Origin: an uncultured bacterium
Lineage (GTDB): Bacteria > Planctomycetota > UBA8108 > UBA1146
NCBI GenBank assembly: GCA_913056395.1
Contig: CAJXMG010000004.1
Coordinates: 24,706-88,705 of the forward strand
Reading direction: 5' to 3'
Length of the DNA stretch: 64,000 nucleotides
Of this stretch, positions 1 through 9,811 are shown one piece after another; the stretch's first letter is position 1, and the number at the start of each line of letters is the position of its first letter. The notes beneath the pieces were generated by a model. It was not told where the DNA came from and made no database searches. It saw nothing but the letters and a program-made list of their open reading frames with translations. Position numbers and translations under genes: made by a program.

Positions 1-248
1 GATTTGTCGGACAGGATGAAAGCGTGACGGTGGGAGGGGAGGTTCTCCCGGAAGATCGGGAAGTGGGAGAGAGAGCTCTCGAAATCGCTCCAGGCGACGC
101 CACTTATGCGCGAGTGGATACGGTTCGGGACGAAAAAGGACAGCCGATGATCGCTGAACTGGAGCTGATCGAGCCGAGTCTGTTTTTGCTTCAATATCCC
201 GAAGCACGGTCTCTTTTCGCCGAATCCTGCCTGAAAGCCCTCTCCTAG
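1..248 (+). CDS. 3' end of a CDS that starts upstream of the window (possibly ATP-grasp-type ligase C-terminus); partial
   Basis: The frame of ORF 24..248 stays open back to base 3. Only about 80 aa are visible and carry no diagnostic motif. Confidence 0.35.
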   Translation, partial: FVGQDESVTVGGEVLPEDREVGERALEIAPGDATYARVDTVRDEKGQPMIAELELIEPSLFLLQYPEARSLFAESCLKALS

Positions 249-382
249 AGGAGATCTGCCGTCAAGATCGGATTCCTTTCCTTGCCATTTTGAAGCGGAA
301 TTGTGTACCTTTTGGCCAAGGGAACGGGGCACTTTCAGGTGATCAGGCACCTGACAGGAGTGACCCCGATTTGGGGGGAATC

Positions 383-1534
383 ATGGGAAATCGCTATACC
401 CAGTGTCTGTTGACTCTGCTCGTTTTCTTTTTGGGTGCACCTTTGCTGGCCCAACCGGGCAGCATCGTGACCCAATCCAGAACCACAGTGACGGATGAAA
501 TCGCCACAGAGGTGGTCGATGAATTTGTCATTGATCAGGTTGTCGCCAATCAGGTGATGAACAAACTAGTGGGCAAATGGAACTTCGAATATGCCCTCAG
601 TGAGGAACTCGCAGGATTTCCTGTGGGAACTCCCGTCAAGGCCACGGTTGTCTATCGTCGTGATTTCAATACCGGTGGGCTTTTCGGCACTGCTGAAACC
701 TTGACCTTCGATAATGGTGAAGTCAGCAATGGCACCTATTTCATTCAGTGGAATGCAGCCAAAAATCGTCTGGAATCCCACGGTTACTTCGTGGCAGGTG
801 ACAATGTTTCCGTTTTCGACGAATACCTGGATGCCGTGGTCGGTGACACTTTCCGCTGGATCGGTCAAGGCAAGGAAGCGGGTGTTGCCGGCGCAAATGT
901 GATGATTGAGCGCACCATCAAGAATGGCAACTTCAACGTGGTCATCAGTGAGTTGAATGCCAATGGCAAGCCGCTGGACCAGATCTGGAACATCACTGGC
1001 ACGAGAGTGAATCCCCTCAAAGAAGCTCTGGGTCCTTTCGTTGCCCTGGCCAATGAATGGCAGTCCGACAATTTCACCGCTTCTGGCGAACGCCTTCGTG
1101 TTGAGCAGAGCGGTTACTGGGCAGCCAATGAGACATGTCTGGTGGTGGAGACCAAGAAGTTCTCGGAAGACACCCTCAAGGAGAGTTCGATCCAGACCTT
1201 CTACTACGACTTCGAGAAGTGCCGGATCGCCTACACGGAGATCGGTTCCAACGGATTGGTCTGTAATGGCTACATCTCGCCGTATACCGAGCGAAATGGC
1301 ACACCCTGCCAGCTCAGGGTCCTCGATACTGCCTACGGCAATGGGGCAGTGGTCAGCACCATCAACAAAATGCTGCTGATCGATTCCAAAACCATCAAGG
1401 TCGATTTCGAGTGGGCCTGGTGGGAGGGTGAAGACATCACCCGCGAGACGGCGGTTCAGGATTTCGAGCAGAAGTTCGTGCTCAAGCGTGTCCCCATCGA
1501 GGGTCAGGCGACTCCCAGACCTGCGTCCTTCTAG
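383..1534 (+). CDS. secreted hypothetical protein (two similar beta-rich halves)
   Basis: ORF 290..1534. The internal ATG at 383 gives a signal peptide (MGNRYTQCLLTLLVFFLGAPLLAQP). A strong hairpin terminator follows. The antisense 355-aa ORF looks like a shadow. Confidence 0.6.
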   Translation: MGNRYTQCLLTLLVFFLGAPLLAQPGSIVTQSRTTVTDEIATEVVDEFVIDQVVANQVMNKLVGKWNFEYALSEELAGFPVGTPVKATVVYRRDFNTGGLFGTAETLTFDNGEVSNGTYFIQWNAAKNRLESHGYFVAGDNVSVFDEYLDAVVGDTFRWIGQGKEAGVAGANVMIERTIKNGNFNVVISELNANGKPLDQIWNITGTRVNPLKEALGPFVALANEWQSDNFTASGERLRVEQSGYWAANETCLVVETKKFSEDTLKESSIQTFYYDFEKCRIAYTEIGSNGLVCNGYISPYTERNGTPCQLRVLDTAYGNGAVVSTINKMLLIDSKTIKVDFEWAWWEGEDITRETAVQDFEQKFVLKRVPIEGQATPRPASF

Positions 1535-1550
1535 ATCGGTATAAAATGAA

Positions 1551-1590
1551 AAGAGCCCGGAGAGCAGCTGCTCTCCGGGCTCTTTTTTTG
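1551..1590. terminator. bidirectional rho-independent terminator between convergent genes
   Basis: Near-perfect palindrome aagagcccggagagcag/ctgctctccgggctctt, followed by a T-run and preceded by an A-rich stretch. Confidence 0.75.
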
Positions 1591-1601
1591 TGTTTGTTGA
1601 A

Positions 1602-3047
1602 TCACTCTGCCTTGCCGGGGGGGCGATTTTCACTGCCCTCGACCTCGGTCAGTCGATCGCCCAATTCTTTTCGGGCCTCCTCCGCCATCTGCAGCAGCTT
1701 CTTCATGACTTCAGGATGGTTCTGCGCCACATTCGTTGTTTCCGCAGGGTCCTTCGAAAGATCATAGAGGGCCAACGGCTGTTGCATTTGATAATTGTAT
1801 TTGGCGGGGATCCCGTTATTCCCGGGCTCACGATTTTCCAGCGAGCGGTACTTGTGTGGAAAATGCAGTTTCCAGTTTCGAAGGAGCATCGATTCGAGAT
1901 TGCCCCGGTGATACCAGAAGAAGAGGGGGCGATTCTCTTCCTTCTCCTTCGTGATCCGATCCTCGAGGAATGGAACCATGCTTTGACCGTCAATCTTTCT
2001 GGTCGGCATCACTCCTCCGGTCAATTCGACCACCGTAGGCAGGATGTCGATGGTCATCGCATTCAGACTGGAAATGACTCCCGGTTTGACCACCGCGGGA
2101 TAGCGAATGACGAAGGGAACCCTGACCCCACCTTCGAAGGTGGTCCCCTTTCCTTCCCGCAAGCCACCGGTGGTCCCGGCATGATCCCCGTAAGAGAGCC
2201 AGGGACCGTTGTCGCTGGTGAAGATGACCACTGTTTCGTCGAGGATGTTGTGTTTTTCCAGGGTCGCGACGATCTGGCCCACTGAATCGTCGATCTCGCG
2301 GATGACATCGCCGTATGCTCCATATCGGCTCGTCTGACGAAACTTCGGAGTCGTGGCCAGGGGAACGTGGGGCATCGAATGGGGGAGGTAGAGCAGGAAT
2401 CTCCCCTTGGCATTTCTTTCGATGAACTCGATGGAGCGCCTTGTCAAATCGGCTGTGATCGGCTCCTGATCATCAAGATTCTCAATGATCCGATCCGGTT
2501 TGTCCTGTTCATACCAGGGCAGTGGAGGCCATGCCTTCGGCGATTCCGGATGACCTGGCCACATGTCGTTGCTGTAGGGAATCCCGCAGTACTCATCAAA
2601 TCCCTGGGAAGTTGGCAGAAACTCGGGCAGGTGACCCAAATGCCATTTCCCAAAACAGGCGGTGGCGTATCCCAGAGGTTTGACCACCTCGGCGATGGTC
2701 ATCTCATCGGGGTGGAGTCCGATCTTGGAGGATGGAGCCAGTGCACCTGAGATGCCGACCCGATTGGCATAGCAACCGGTGAGCAGGGATGCGCGGGCGG
2801 CTGAGCAAACCGGTTGGCTGGTGTAGAAATTATTGAACTGCATCCCCTCTTTTGCGAGGCGATCGATGTTGGGGGTTGGAATCTCCGTAGATCCATAGCA
2901 GGAGAGATCACCCCATCCCTGGTCATCGGTAAAGATGATGACGATGTTGGGGGGGCGGTCCCGAGACTCTTGGGAGTCCTGTGCTACAACAGCAGGGGAA
3001 GCAAAAACGAAGCACACCAGAATGGGGATGATAGATTTGATTTTCAT
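1602..3047 (-). CDS. arylsulfatase-family sulfatase, secreted
   Basis: Start moved to MKIKSIIPILVCFVFASPAVVAQ (signal peptide). Motifs IIFTDDQGWGD and PVCSAARASLLTG (C-x-A-x-R formylglycine motif), plus the GKWHLG region. Confidence 0.9.
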   Translation of the reverse strand: MKIKSIIPILVCFVFASPAVVAQDSQESRDRPPNIVIIFTDDQGWGDLSCYGSTEIPTPNIDRLAKEGMQFNNFYTSQPVCSAARASLLTGCYANRVGISGALAPSSKIGLHPDEMTIAEVVKPLGYATACFGKWHLGHLPEFLPTSQGFDEYCGIPYSNDMWPGHPESPKAWPPLPWYEQDKPDRIIENLDDQEPITADLTRRSIEFIERNAKGRFLLYLPHSMPHVPLATTPKFRQTSRYGAYGDVIREIDDSVGQIVATLEKHNILDETVVIFTSDNGPWLSYGDHAGTTGGLREGKGTTFEGGVRVPFVIRYPAVVKPGVISSLNAMTIDILPTVVELTGGVMPTRKIDGQSMVPFLEDRITKEKEENRPLFFWYHRGNLESMLLRNWKLHFPHKYRSLENREPGNNGIPAKYNYQMQQPLALYDLSKDPAETTNVAQNHPEVMKKLLQMAEEARKELGDRLTEVEGSENRPPGKAE

Positions 3048-3076
3048 GCCGGATGGTAACCTCCGGCAGGGCCATG

Positions 3077-4258
3077 TCAGCCCAGTATCCCGTAGCCGTA
3101 GGTCACTTCTATCGGCGCTCCCTGCTCGAAACGCAGGGGACTGAAGAAGTCGGCCACGAAGGCTCCGGCCGGGGCAGAACCCAGAATGGAGGCGACCCCC
3201 CTGCAGACAGCGGGGGCCATTTTGAAGCCGTGGCCACTGAAACCGCTGACAATCCATGCACCTTCCCGACCGGGTACCGGACCGATGATCGGATGTGAAT
3301 CGGGTGTGACGGTATACAGGGCACCAACGCCACCCCAGGAAGGTGAGAGCCCGTAGTGGGGCAAGCGCTGGGAGAGTTTTTGGCGACAACCCTGAATGAA
3401 CTCGTGGGAGACACCTTCATCGTAGTGATCCGGGTCGTCGACGACGGCATCCGAATCCATATCGAGAAGTCCGACACGGGTCCAGCCCGCCAATTCCGGT
3501 TTCCAGTAGAGACCATGGGTCAGGTCACCGTAGATCAGTCGTCGTTCGTGAGCCCCCGGTGGAGGTTCAAAGAAAGCCTGTTCAGGTCGGATTGCGGTCA
3601 GCGGTAGATCGACCCCAGCTTCCTGTAGCATTTGCCCCGACCATGGACCTGCACAGATCACAACGTTTCCGGCAGCAATCCTTTGTTGGTCATCCAATTC
3701 GACTCCCGTGATACGGGATCCCTCTTCGATCAGCGAGACAACCCTGCGACCGATGAGCACTTCTGTTCCCTGCTCTTCTGCAACAGCAAGGATCTGATTG
3801 ACGGCTTGCACCGGCTGAACATTTCCCGCTTCTGATTCCCAGGCTGCGCATTCGTCATCACGGAAGGTGCCACCCGGTTCCAGTTCCCGGAGCTCTTTGG
3901 CATCGATGATTTTTGTCTTCACTCCCAAACGCTGTTGCAATTCGACATTGCGCTGCAGATTGGGACGATTTTCCTCGGTGCAAATGAAGGCCATGCCCGG
4001 GCGGTGAAAGGAGATGGATCTCCCATGTTCTTCTTCAAAGCGGGAGTACCAGTCGAGCCCCTCACGGGCCATGGCGATGGTGATTTCATGGGAGTAGTGT
4101 TGGCGCAGGATCGCTCCTGATTTTCCGGTGGATCCGGCACCTGCAAAAGACTTCTCGATGAGAAGTACTTTCTCATTCCCATGGCGAGTCAGGTGATAGG
4201 CGAGGGAAGCTCCCATGATGCCTCCACCGATGATCACATGGTCCCAACTCTTCATCAT
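3077..4258 (-). CDS. FAD-dependent oxidoreductase (DAO / sarcosine-oxidase-beta-like)
   Basis: N-terminal Rossmann motif VIIGGGIMGASLAYHL..LIEK, length 393 aa, ATGA overlap with the upstream ATP-grasp gene. Confidence 0.85.
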   Translation of the reverse strand: MMKSWDHVIIGGGIMGASLAYHLTRHGNEKVLLIEKSFAGAGSTGKSGAILRQHYSHEITIAMAREGLDWYSRFEEEHGRSISFHRPGMAFICTEENRPNLQRNVELQQRLGVKTKIIDAKELRELEPGGTFRDDECAAWESEAGNVQPVQAVNQILAVAEEQGTEVLIGRRVVSLIEEGSRITGVELDDQQRIAAGNVVICAGPWSGQMLQEAGVDLPLTAIRPEQAFFEPPPGAHERRLIYGDLTHGLYWKPELAGWTRVGLLDMDSDAVVDDPDHYDEGVSHEFIQGCRQKLSQRLPHYGLSPSWGGVGALYTVTPDSHPIIGPVPGREGAWIVSGFSGHGFKMAPAVCRGVASILGSAPAGAFVADFFSPLRFEQGAPIEVTYGYGILG

Positions 4259-5304
4259 CCCAGCCTCCGGGGAATCCTGAATTCGGATTTGGCTGCTTCC
4301 TTGGCCAGTTCACGGGTCAGGTAGTCACAGACGGTCTGGAAACCGTCAACACCGACCGCCTTTTGCATATCTTCACGGTAAACGCTGGTGGCATTGATAT
4401 CGATGAAGACCCTGCGACCGTCTACGGTATCCATCCACTCCACACCGCCGATGTCCAGTTGAGCGGCACGAAGGATCTCCCGAGCCTGTGCGACGGCGTC
4501 CTGTGGGACATCCGGCCATGCTTCAAAGGATGCATCGGCAACAGCACCCGCTTCGATGGGATTTCGGGGGCAGCCTTCTGCAGGGCAGAGGTTAAAGGTG
4601 TTTTGGGGTTTGACCTTCATCGCCAGCAGGAATTCACCGTCGACAAACTCCACCCGGGAGATGGTCCCGTCAACGGAAGTGATGATTTCCTGGAGGAGCA
4701 TCAGGTGTCCAGGGGGGAATACTTCGGGGTCGTCGATGAGAGCGAGCAGGTGCTCCCTGTTTTCGATCCTTCGAATCAGTGCGCCACTGCCACCGGTATC
4801 GGGTTTGAGAATCAATGGGAAGTGGAGCTGATCGATCAGATCTCCGATGGCGGCGGGATTGGAGATGGCATGGGTTTCGGGAGTCAGGACTCCGAGTCCA
4901 TTCATCAGGAGTTGCTGGGAGACTTTGCTCGTTTCCATACGGAAGGAGCGTGACCCATTGACCACCATCGAACCGGTGGCCTCGAGTGTCGCCAGCAAGG
5001 CATGAGCGTGAGCGATGGCTCCGGCATTGCCGCGCATGTAAGAGGAAGGCGAGACACGGTTCAGATAGAGTGTGTGCTTGCGGGCCGCGAGGAGGTCGAA
5101 CCCGTGGGACCGAACATCGATTCCTTCGTGGGCGATGCCCGATCGGGTCAACGCCTCAAAGAGAGGTTTCAGCCAGGCGTCATTTTCAAAGATGACTCCC
5201 ACTGATGGAATCGTCGGTGCATCGTGGACGAAGACCGATTCTCCCTCGCCCGTATCGGGCTGAAGAAGGTCGGTGTCGGATCGGGTTCCGTTTTTCCGCG
5301 TCAT
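4255..5304 (-). CDS. ATP-grasp domain ligase (RimK-like)
   Basis: ATP-grasp-like pattern (FPLILKPDTGGSGALI, MLLQEII, GGVEWMD..VFIDINA). 4-nt overlap with the downstream oxidoreductase. Confidence 0.7.
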   Translation of the reverse strand: MTRKNGTRSDTDLLQPDTGEGESVFVHDAPTIPSVGVIFENDAWLKPLFEALTRSGIAHEGIDVRSHGFDLLAARKHTLYLNRVSPSSYMRGNAGAIAHAHALLATLEATGSMVVNGSRSFRMETSKVSQQLLMNGLGVLTPETHAISNPAAIGDLIDQLHFPLILKPDTGGSGALIRRIENREHLLALIDDPEVFPPGHLMLLQEIITSVDGTISRVEFVDGEFLLAMKVKPQNTFNLCPAEGCPRNPIEAGAVADASFEAWPDVPQDAVAQAREILRAAQLDIGGVEWMDTVDGRRVFIDINATSVYREDMQKAVGVDGFQTVCDYLTRELAKEAAKSEFRIPRRLG

Positions 5305-5402
5305 TGCGCCCCCTGACTACTGAAACCTGAGGAGGGGGACTCCCTCCATATCAAGTTTCCGATATGGGAGCGAATTTGTCGAAATTGGCCCGCGGGCCCG
5401 AA

Positions 5403-7775
5403 TCAAACCCCGTGGGGAAGCCAGATATTCTTGATCTGGGACGCCCGATCGAGAACTTCCAGCGGAGAATCGATGCAGGTTCCCATCTTCCAGCAAACCT
5501 TCATGTTGCCGGTGGAAAGGCGTTCGATCTCCGCCGACAGCTCTCCCTTTCCAAAGGTGCAGATCAGGTCAACGGCATCATGGGCGGCGAGTACGGGAGC
5601 CAATTCCGCCTGATTTCCGGTGAGCAGGTTCAGTGCGCCAGCCGGAAGATCGGAATATTCCAGAACCCTGCACATCTCTACTGCGGCCAGCGAATGAACA
5701 CTGGGCACTGCGACCACGTGATTTCCGGCGGCCAAAAGAGGGGCAACCATCGACACAAATGAGATCAGGGGAGTCTTCGGGGTGTTCGGACAGATGGCTG
5801 CGGCGGTACCAAAAGGTTCATGAACTGCCAGAACCAGTCCCCGCCATGGCGTGTCATGAACATGGCCATCGTGTTTGTCGGACCATGAAGCCCACTTGGT
5901 CCATTCGCCAACTGCCATTTCAAACTCGGCGCGGCATGTTTCTTCCTGGTCGCCGGTCATATCCATCAACAGGCGAACAAAGTCTTCTTTGCGGGATTCC
6001 ATGTTTTCAGCGATAAACCAGAGCACTTGAGCCCGGCCGTGACCTGTCATCCCTGCCCATGAACTTTTTCCGGCGGCTTCGACAGCGTTGCGCACGTCCT
6101 TGCGATTGGCGAGGGCAGCGAGTCCAACCGTTTCGCCGGAAGGGGAAAGAACCGGGTAGGAGTTTCCGCCGTCGGCCCGGACCTGTTTTCCCCCGATCCA
6201 GAGTTTTGCGGTCCGATCGAGGTCAGGGAAGTCCGATTCCTCCATCACCTTCACGGGGGAAGGTGTGTCTTGTGGCTCGCCGGGGATCTCTGCTTCATTT
6301 CGGAGGTAGGCTTTGAGACCTTCGACACCACCCTCGCGGCCAAAGCCGGATTCTTTCATTCCTCCGAAACCACTGGAGGCATCGAACATGTTGGTGCCGT
6401 TGACCCACACCGTTCCCGCCTTGATTTTTCGGGCGACATGGAGGGCCGTGTCGAGATCCTGGCTCCAGACACTGGCAGCGAGGCCATAGCGGGTGTGATT
6501 GGCAATTTTGATCGCCTCTGCGGGAGTCCGGAAGGTGGTGGAAACCAGCACCGGTCCAAAGACCTCTTCTGTGGCGATCTCTGAAGACAGGGGAGCTTCC
6601 GGGAAAAAGGTCGGCGGGAACCAGTTTCCTTCAGCAGGGAAGTCGAGATCGGGTTGAATGCATGCGATGCCCTCAGATTGGGCGCGTTCACACATCGCTT
6701 CGACCCGCTGGAGATGTTCACCGTCGACGATGGCCCCGATGTCGATGGCCTTGTCGAGGGGATTGCCGACCCGAAGTTTCTTCATGCGAGCTTCAATGCG
6801 GGCATGAACATCGGCAGCGATGGATTCCTGAACCAGCAGACGACTGCCGGCACAACAGACTTGCCCCTGGTTGAACCAGATGGCATCGACGAGCCCTTCG
6901 ACGGCACTGTCGATGTCGGCATCTTCAAATAGGATGTAGGGGCTCTTGCCACCCAGTTCCAGGGTCAGCCCTTTGCCACTGCCCGCAGTGGCTTCACGAA
7001 TGATGCGCCCGACTTCCGTCGAACCGGTGAAGGCGATCTTGTCCACGTCGGGATTCTCCACGAGAGCAGCACCCGTTTCACCGGCACCGGTGACGATATT
7101 CACGACTCCCGCGGGGAGTCCGGTCTTTTCGCAAAGCTCCGCAAAGAGCAGTGCGGAAAGGGAGGTCCATTCTGCTGGTTTGAGAACCACGGTGTTACCG
7201 CAGGCCAGTGCCGGAGCGATCTTCCATGCGAGCATCAACAGGGGGAAATTCCACGGAATGATTTGTCCGCAGACTCCCCAGGGTTGGGCATCCGGATGAC
7301 TTTCTTCAAGAATGTGGGCCCAACCCGCATGGTGATAGAAGTGGCGGGCGACGAGGGGGATGTCGATGTCCCGTGTCTCGCGAATCGGTTTGCCATTGTC
7401 GAGAGTTTCGACCACCGCAAAGAGGCGGCTCTGTTTCTGGATCCCGCGAGCGAGGGCGTACAGGTGACGGGCGCGACCTTCAGGGCCGAGCTCTTGCCAG
7501 GCGGCCTGGGTGGATTTGGCCGCTTCCACAGCCTTGGCGACATCGTTGGCGGTTCCCGAAGCAAGTTCCCTGAGAATTTCTCCATTCGCCGGGTTTCTGG
7601 TGGGAAATGTTTGACCCGATTCGGATGGAATCCACTCACCACCGATGTAGTGGGAGGGAGTTTCTCCACTGCGAGCGATCCACTCGAGAGCAGCACTCTG
7701 ATCTTCCGGGGCAGGTCCCCAATCGAGATTCTCGAGGATCTGTGCAGGGTTGGAGGTGTCGTTGGACATCGTCAT
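5403..7775 (-). CDS. aldehyde dehydrogenase fused to a second, truncated ALDH-like domain
   Basis: The first ~500 aa carry ELGGKSP and FNQGQVCCAGSR catalytic motifs. The last ~285 aa repeat only the N-terminal ALDH half (LWIGGKQV..HEPFGTAAAICPNTPK..) without the Cys motif. The start overlaps the deoC stop by 1 nt. Confidence 0.85.
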   Translation of the reverse strand: MTMSNDTSNPAQILENLDWGPAPEDQSAALEWIARSGETPSHYIGGEWIPSESGQTFPTRNPANGEILRELASGTANDVAKAVEAAKSTQAAWQELGPEGRARHLYALARGIQKQSRLFAVVETLDNGKPIRETRDIDIPLVARHFYHHAGWAHILEESHPDAQPWGVCGQIIPWNFPLLMLAWKIAPALACGNTVVLKPAEWTSLSALLFAELCEKTGLPAGVVNIVTGAGETGAALVENPDVDKIAFTGSTEVGRIIREATAGSGKGLTLELGGKSPYILFEDADIDSAVEGLVDAIWFNQGQVCCAGSRLLVQESIAADVHARIEARMKKLRVGNPLDKAIDIGAIVDGEHLQRVEAMCERAQSEGIACIQPDLDFPAEGNWFPPTFFPEAPLSSEIATEEVFGPVLVSTTFRTPAEAIKIANHTRYGLAASVWSQDLDTALHVARKIKAGTVWVNGTNMFDASSGFGGMKESGFGREGGVEGLKAYLRNEAEIPGEPQDTPSPVKVMEESDFPDLDRTAKLWIGGKQVRADGGNSYPVLSPSGETVGLAALANRKDVRNAVEAAGKSSWAGMTGHGRAQVLWFIAENMESRKEDFVRLLMDMTGDQEETCRAEFEMAVGEWTKWASWSDKHDGHVHDTPWRGLVLAVHEPFGTAAAICPNTPKTPLISFVSMVAPLLAAGNHVVAVPSVHSLAAVEMCRVLEYSDLPAGALNLLTGNQAELAPVLAAHDAVDLICTFGKGELSAEIERLSTGNMKVCWKMGTCIDSPLEVLDRASQIKNIWLPHGV

Positions 7776-8719
7776 TATCCCATCGGGTGCCGGTGGTGGG
7801 CAGAGTACCGGCCGGTTGCATGAAACTCGAGTTGTCGCTCAATGTCTGCCAACAGCGACGAGGCTCCTATACGGAAGCGGTCGGGACGCATCGATTCCAG
7901 TCCCAGCTCTTCCTTGACCAACATCAGAAAGGTGATCGATTCCTTGGCGGTGCGGATACCCCCTGCGGGTTTGAATCCGGCGAGATGACCACTGCGCTGG
8001 TGGTGTTCGCGGATCGCCCGCAACATCACCAGTGCAACGGGCAAAGTCGCATTCACCGCTTCTTTGCCGGTGGATGTTTTGATGAAATCTGCACCCGCGC
8101 CGAGGCAGACCCTTGATGCACGGGCGACCTGTCTCAGATCACCCAATTCACCGGTCGCCAATATCGTCTTGAGACACGCTTTGTCCCCGCAAGCTTCCCG
8201 GTAACTGCGAACCTCATCGTGCAAATCCTGCCAGCGTCCTTCGAGAACGAGCGGGCGTGAAATGACGATGTCGATCTCCTGTGCTCCTGCGGCGACGGAG
8301 GACCGAATCTGTTCCAGTTTCATCTCATGGGGGATCTGTCCCGCAGGAAAACCGGTGGAGACGGCGCAGACATTGACGTCGCTTCCCCGGCACTCTTCGA
8401 CGGCGGTCTCGATCAGATTGTGATAGACACACACCGCACCGCAGTGCAGGTCCAGCGGAAGTCCGTGGGCTTCGAGGATGTCCCGGCGAACCGGATTGCG
8501 GGCTTTGGCTGCGAGTCGTTTGACGGTTCCGGGGGTGTCATCTCCGGAGAGTGTGGTCAGGTCGATGCATTGGATCGCATGGGCGAGCCAACCGATCTGC
8601 CACGCCTTTTTGACGGACCTTCTTCCTGAGAGGGATTTGGCCCTGCGTTCGATGGCAGACAGATTGATACGGGTAGAAAGAACCCAATCGAGATCGAGTT
8701 CACCGCCAGGATTGAGCAA
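7775..8719 (-). CDS. deoC: deoxyribose-phosphate aldolase (long form)
   Basis: Motifs IDLTTLSGDDT, CAVSTGFPAGQ and the Schiff-base lysine context FIKTSTGK. 314 aa. Confidence 0.85.
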   Translation of the reverse strand: MLNPGGELDLDWVLSTRINLSAIERRAKSLSGRRSVKKAWQIGWLAHAIQCIDLTTLSGDDTPGTVKRLAAKARNPVRRDILEAHGLPLDLHCGAVCVYHNLIETAVEECRGSDVNVCAVSTGFPAGQIPHEMKLEQIRSSVAAGAQEIDIVISRPLVLEGRWQDLHDEVRSYREACGDKACLKTILATGELGDLRQVARASRVCLGAGADFIKTSTGKEAVNATLPVALVMLRAIREHHQRSGHLAGFKPAGGIRTAKESITFLMLVKEELGLESMRPDRFRIGASSLLADIERQLEFHATGRYSAHHRHPMG

Positions 8720-8802
8720 GACGTACCTCCAGAATCTCCAGCATCGACAATATTCCCCGGGGGGTCAAGAAATCGACACCAGATTCCTTGGGAGAATCGT
8801 CC

Positions 8803-9777
8803 TCAGCGCTTGCTCTTTTTACCCGAGATCAGCTCGACCATCGCCTTGCCCATGGCATCTCCGACCTGAAAGTAACTTCCCGCATGACCGAACCAGTGGT
8901 GACCGTGGCCACTGTTGGGAGAGTCCTCGGGCTTGTAGCGGAATTGGCGGGTGGGCACATAAACGATGGTGCCTTTGTGGGACTCACTCTTCGAAGGTGC
9001 TTCCTGGGCTGCATGGAGTTGGCTGTTGTCCGCATTTCCGGTTTGTCCAATGATCACCGGAAGTCGGGGGACCTGAAATTCCTTGCGCAGGTCATCGACG
9101 AGATGAAGAAAGTTCTGTGAGTAGTTTTCCAGAGCCCCATCCTCATACATGTCATTCCAGCCCTGGAACCAGAAGAAGCCGGAGATCACCGGTTTCTTTC
9201 CCGCCAGTTGTGGGAAATCCTTGTCGATATTGGCGAGGGCTTCACGGATTTCACGAATCATCTGCTGATAAGCGGGGCCAGTCTTGCCGCCGGCGGAGGG
9301 GGGGCGGAAATCGACGTGAAGGCTGCGTCCCCCCCAGCAGGTTTTGATCAACAGCACCGGATCTTTGGATGCCTGGCCGAGACGATGCCCAATCTGCAAC
9401 TCTGGGCCAAAGTGGTGTTTGCCTTCATGGAGGGCGAAACCGATGGAGAGGGGACCTTTTTTCAGTGGACCCCGCTCGGGACGGTAGCGAACGAAGACGT
9501 CATCCCGGGAAGTCCAATCGCCGTTTTTGTCACGCAGGTGGGAGAGGCGCGGTTGCCACTGGGGATCTTCCAGAAGCTTCTCCAGATTGCCACGTCCGCC
9601 GTTGTAGTGTTCCTCGTGGTCGAGGTCGACGACCGCATGGCCCTCCATATTTGATTGACCCGCGAGAAGGAAGACGCGAATCACTCCCGCATTTTCAGGA
9701 CCGGGAGGATCGGCGCTTACCGGGTTTGAGAAACCCAAGATCAAGCTGGTGAGGAGGAAGATATGTCTGAAGGACAT
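8803..9777 (-). CDS. sialate O-acetylesterase-like (DUF303/SGNH-type) carbohydrate esterase, secreted
   Basis: Signal peptide, then VFLLAGQSNMEGH, the GQSNM motif typical of this esterase family. Confidence 0.7.
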   Translation of the reverse strand: MSFRHIFLLTSLILGFSNPVSADPPGPENAGVIRVFLLAGQSNMEGHAVVDLDHEEHYNGGRGNLEKLLEDPQWQPRLSHLRDKNGDWTSRDDVFVRYRPERGPLKKGPLSIGFALHEGKHHFGPELQIGHRLGQASKDPVLLIKTCWGGRSLHVDFRPPSAGGKTGPAYQQMIREIREALANIDKDFPQLAGKKPVISGFFWFQGWNDMYEDGALENYSQNFLHLVDDLRKEFQVPRLPVIIGQTGNADNSQLHAAQEAPSKSESHKGTIVYVPTRQFRYKPEDSPNSGHGHHWFGHAGSYFQVGDAMGKAMVELISGKKSKR

Positions 9778-9811
9778 CTGTGTCTCTTTCTACAGGGGGC
9801 TCTAAGTCCCG

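Noticed and set aside
566-1633. 355-aa ORF antisense to the secreted hypothetical gene 383..1534
   Set aside because: Its composition (Leu/Gly/Asp/Arg-rich, no signal or motif) looks like a GC-rich shadow frame. The plus-strand product has a clean signal peptide and is followed by a terminator in its own orientation.
3048-3389. N-terminal 114-aa extension of the sulfatase ORF (ATG at 3389)
   Set aside because: The extension overlaps the 3' end of the FAD oxidoreductase gene and is Arg/Pro/Gly-rich noise. The Met at 3047 starts a textbook signal peptide directly before the sulfatase core.
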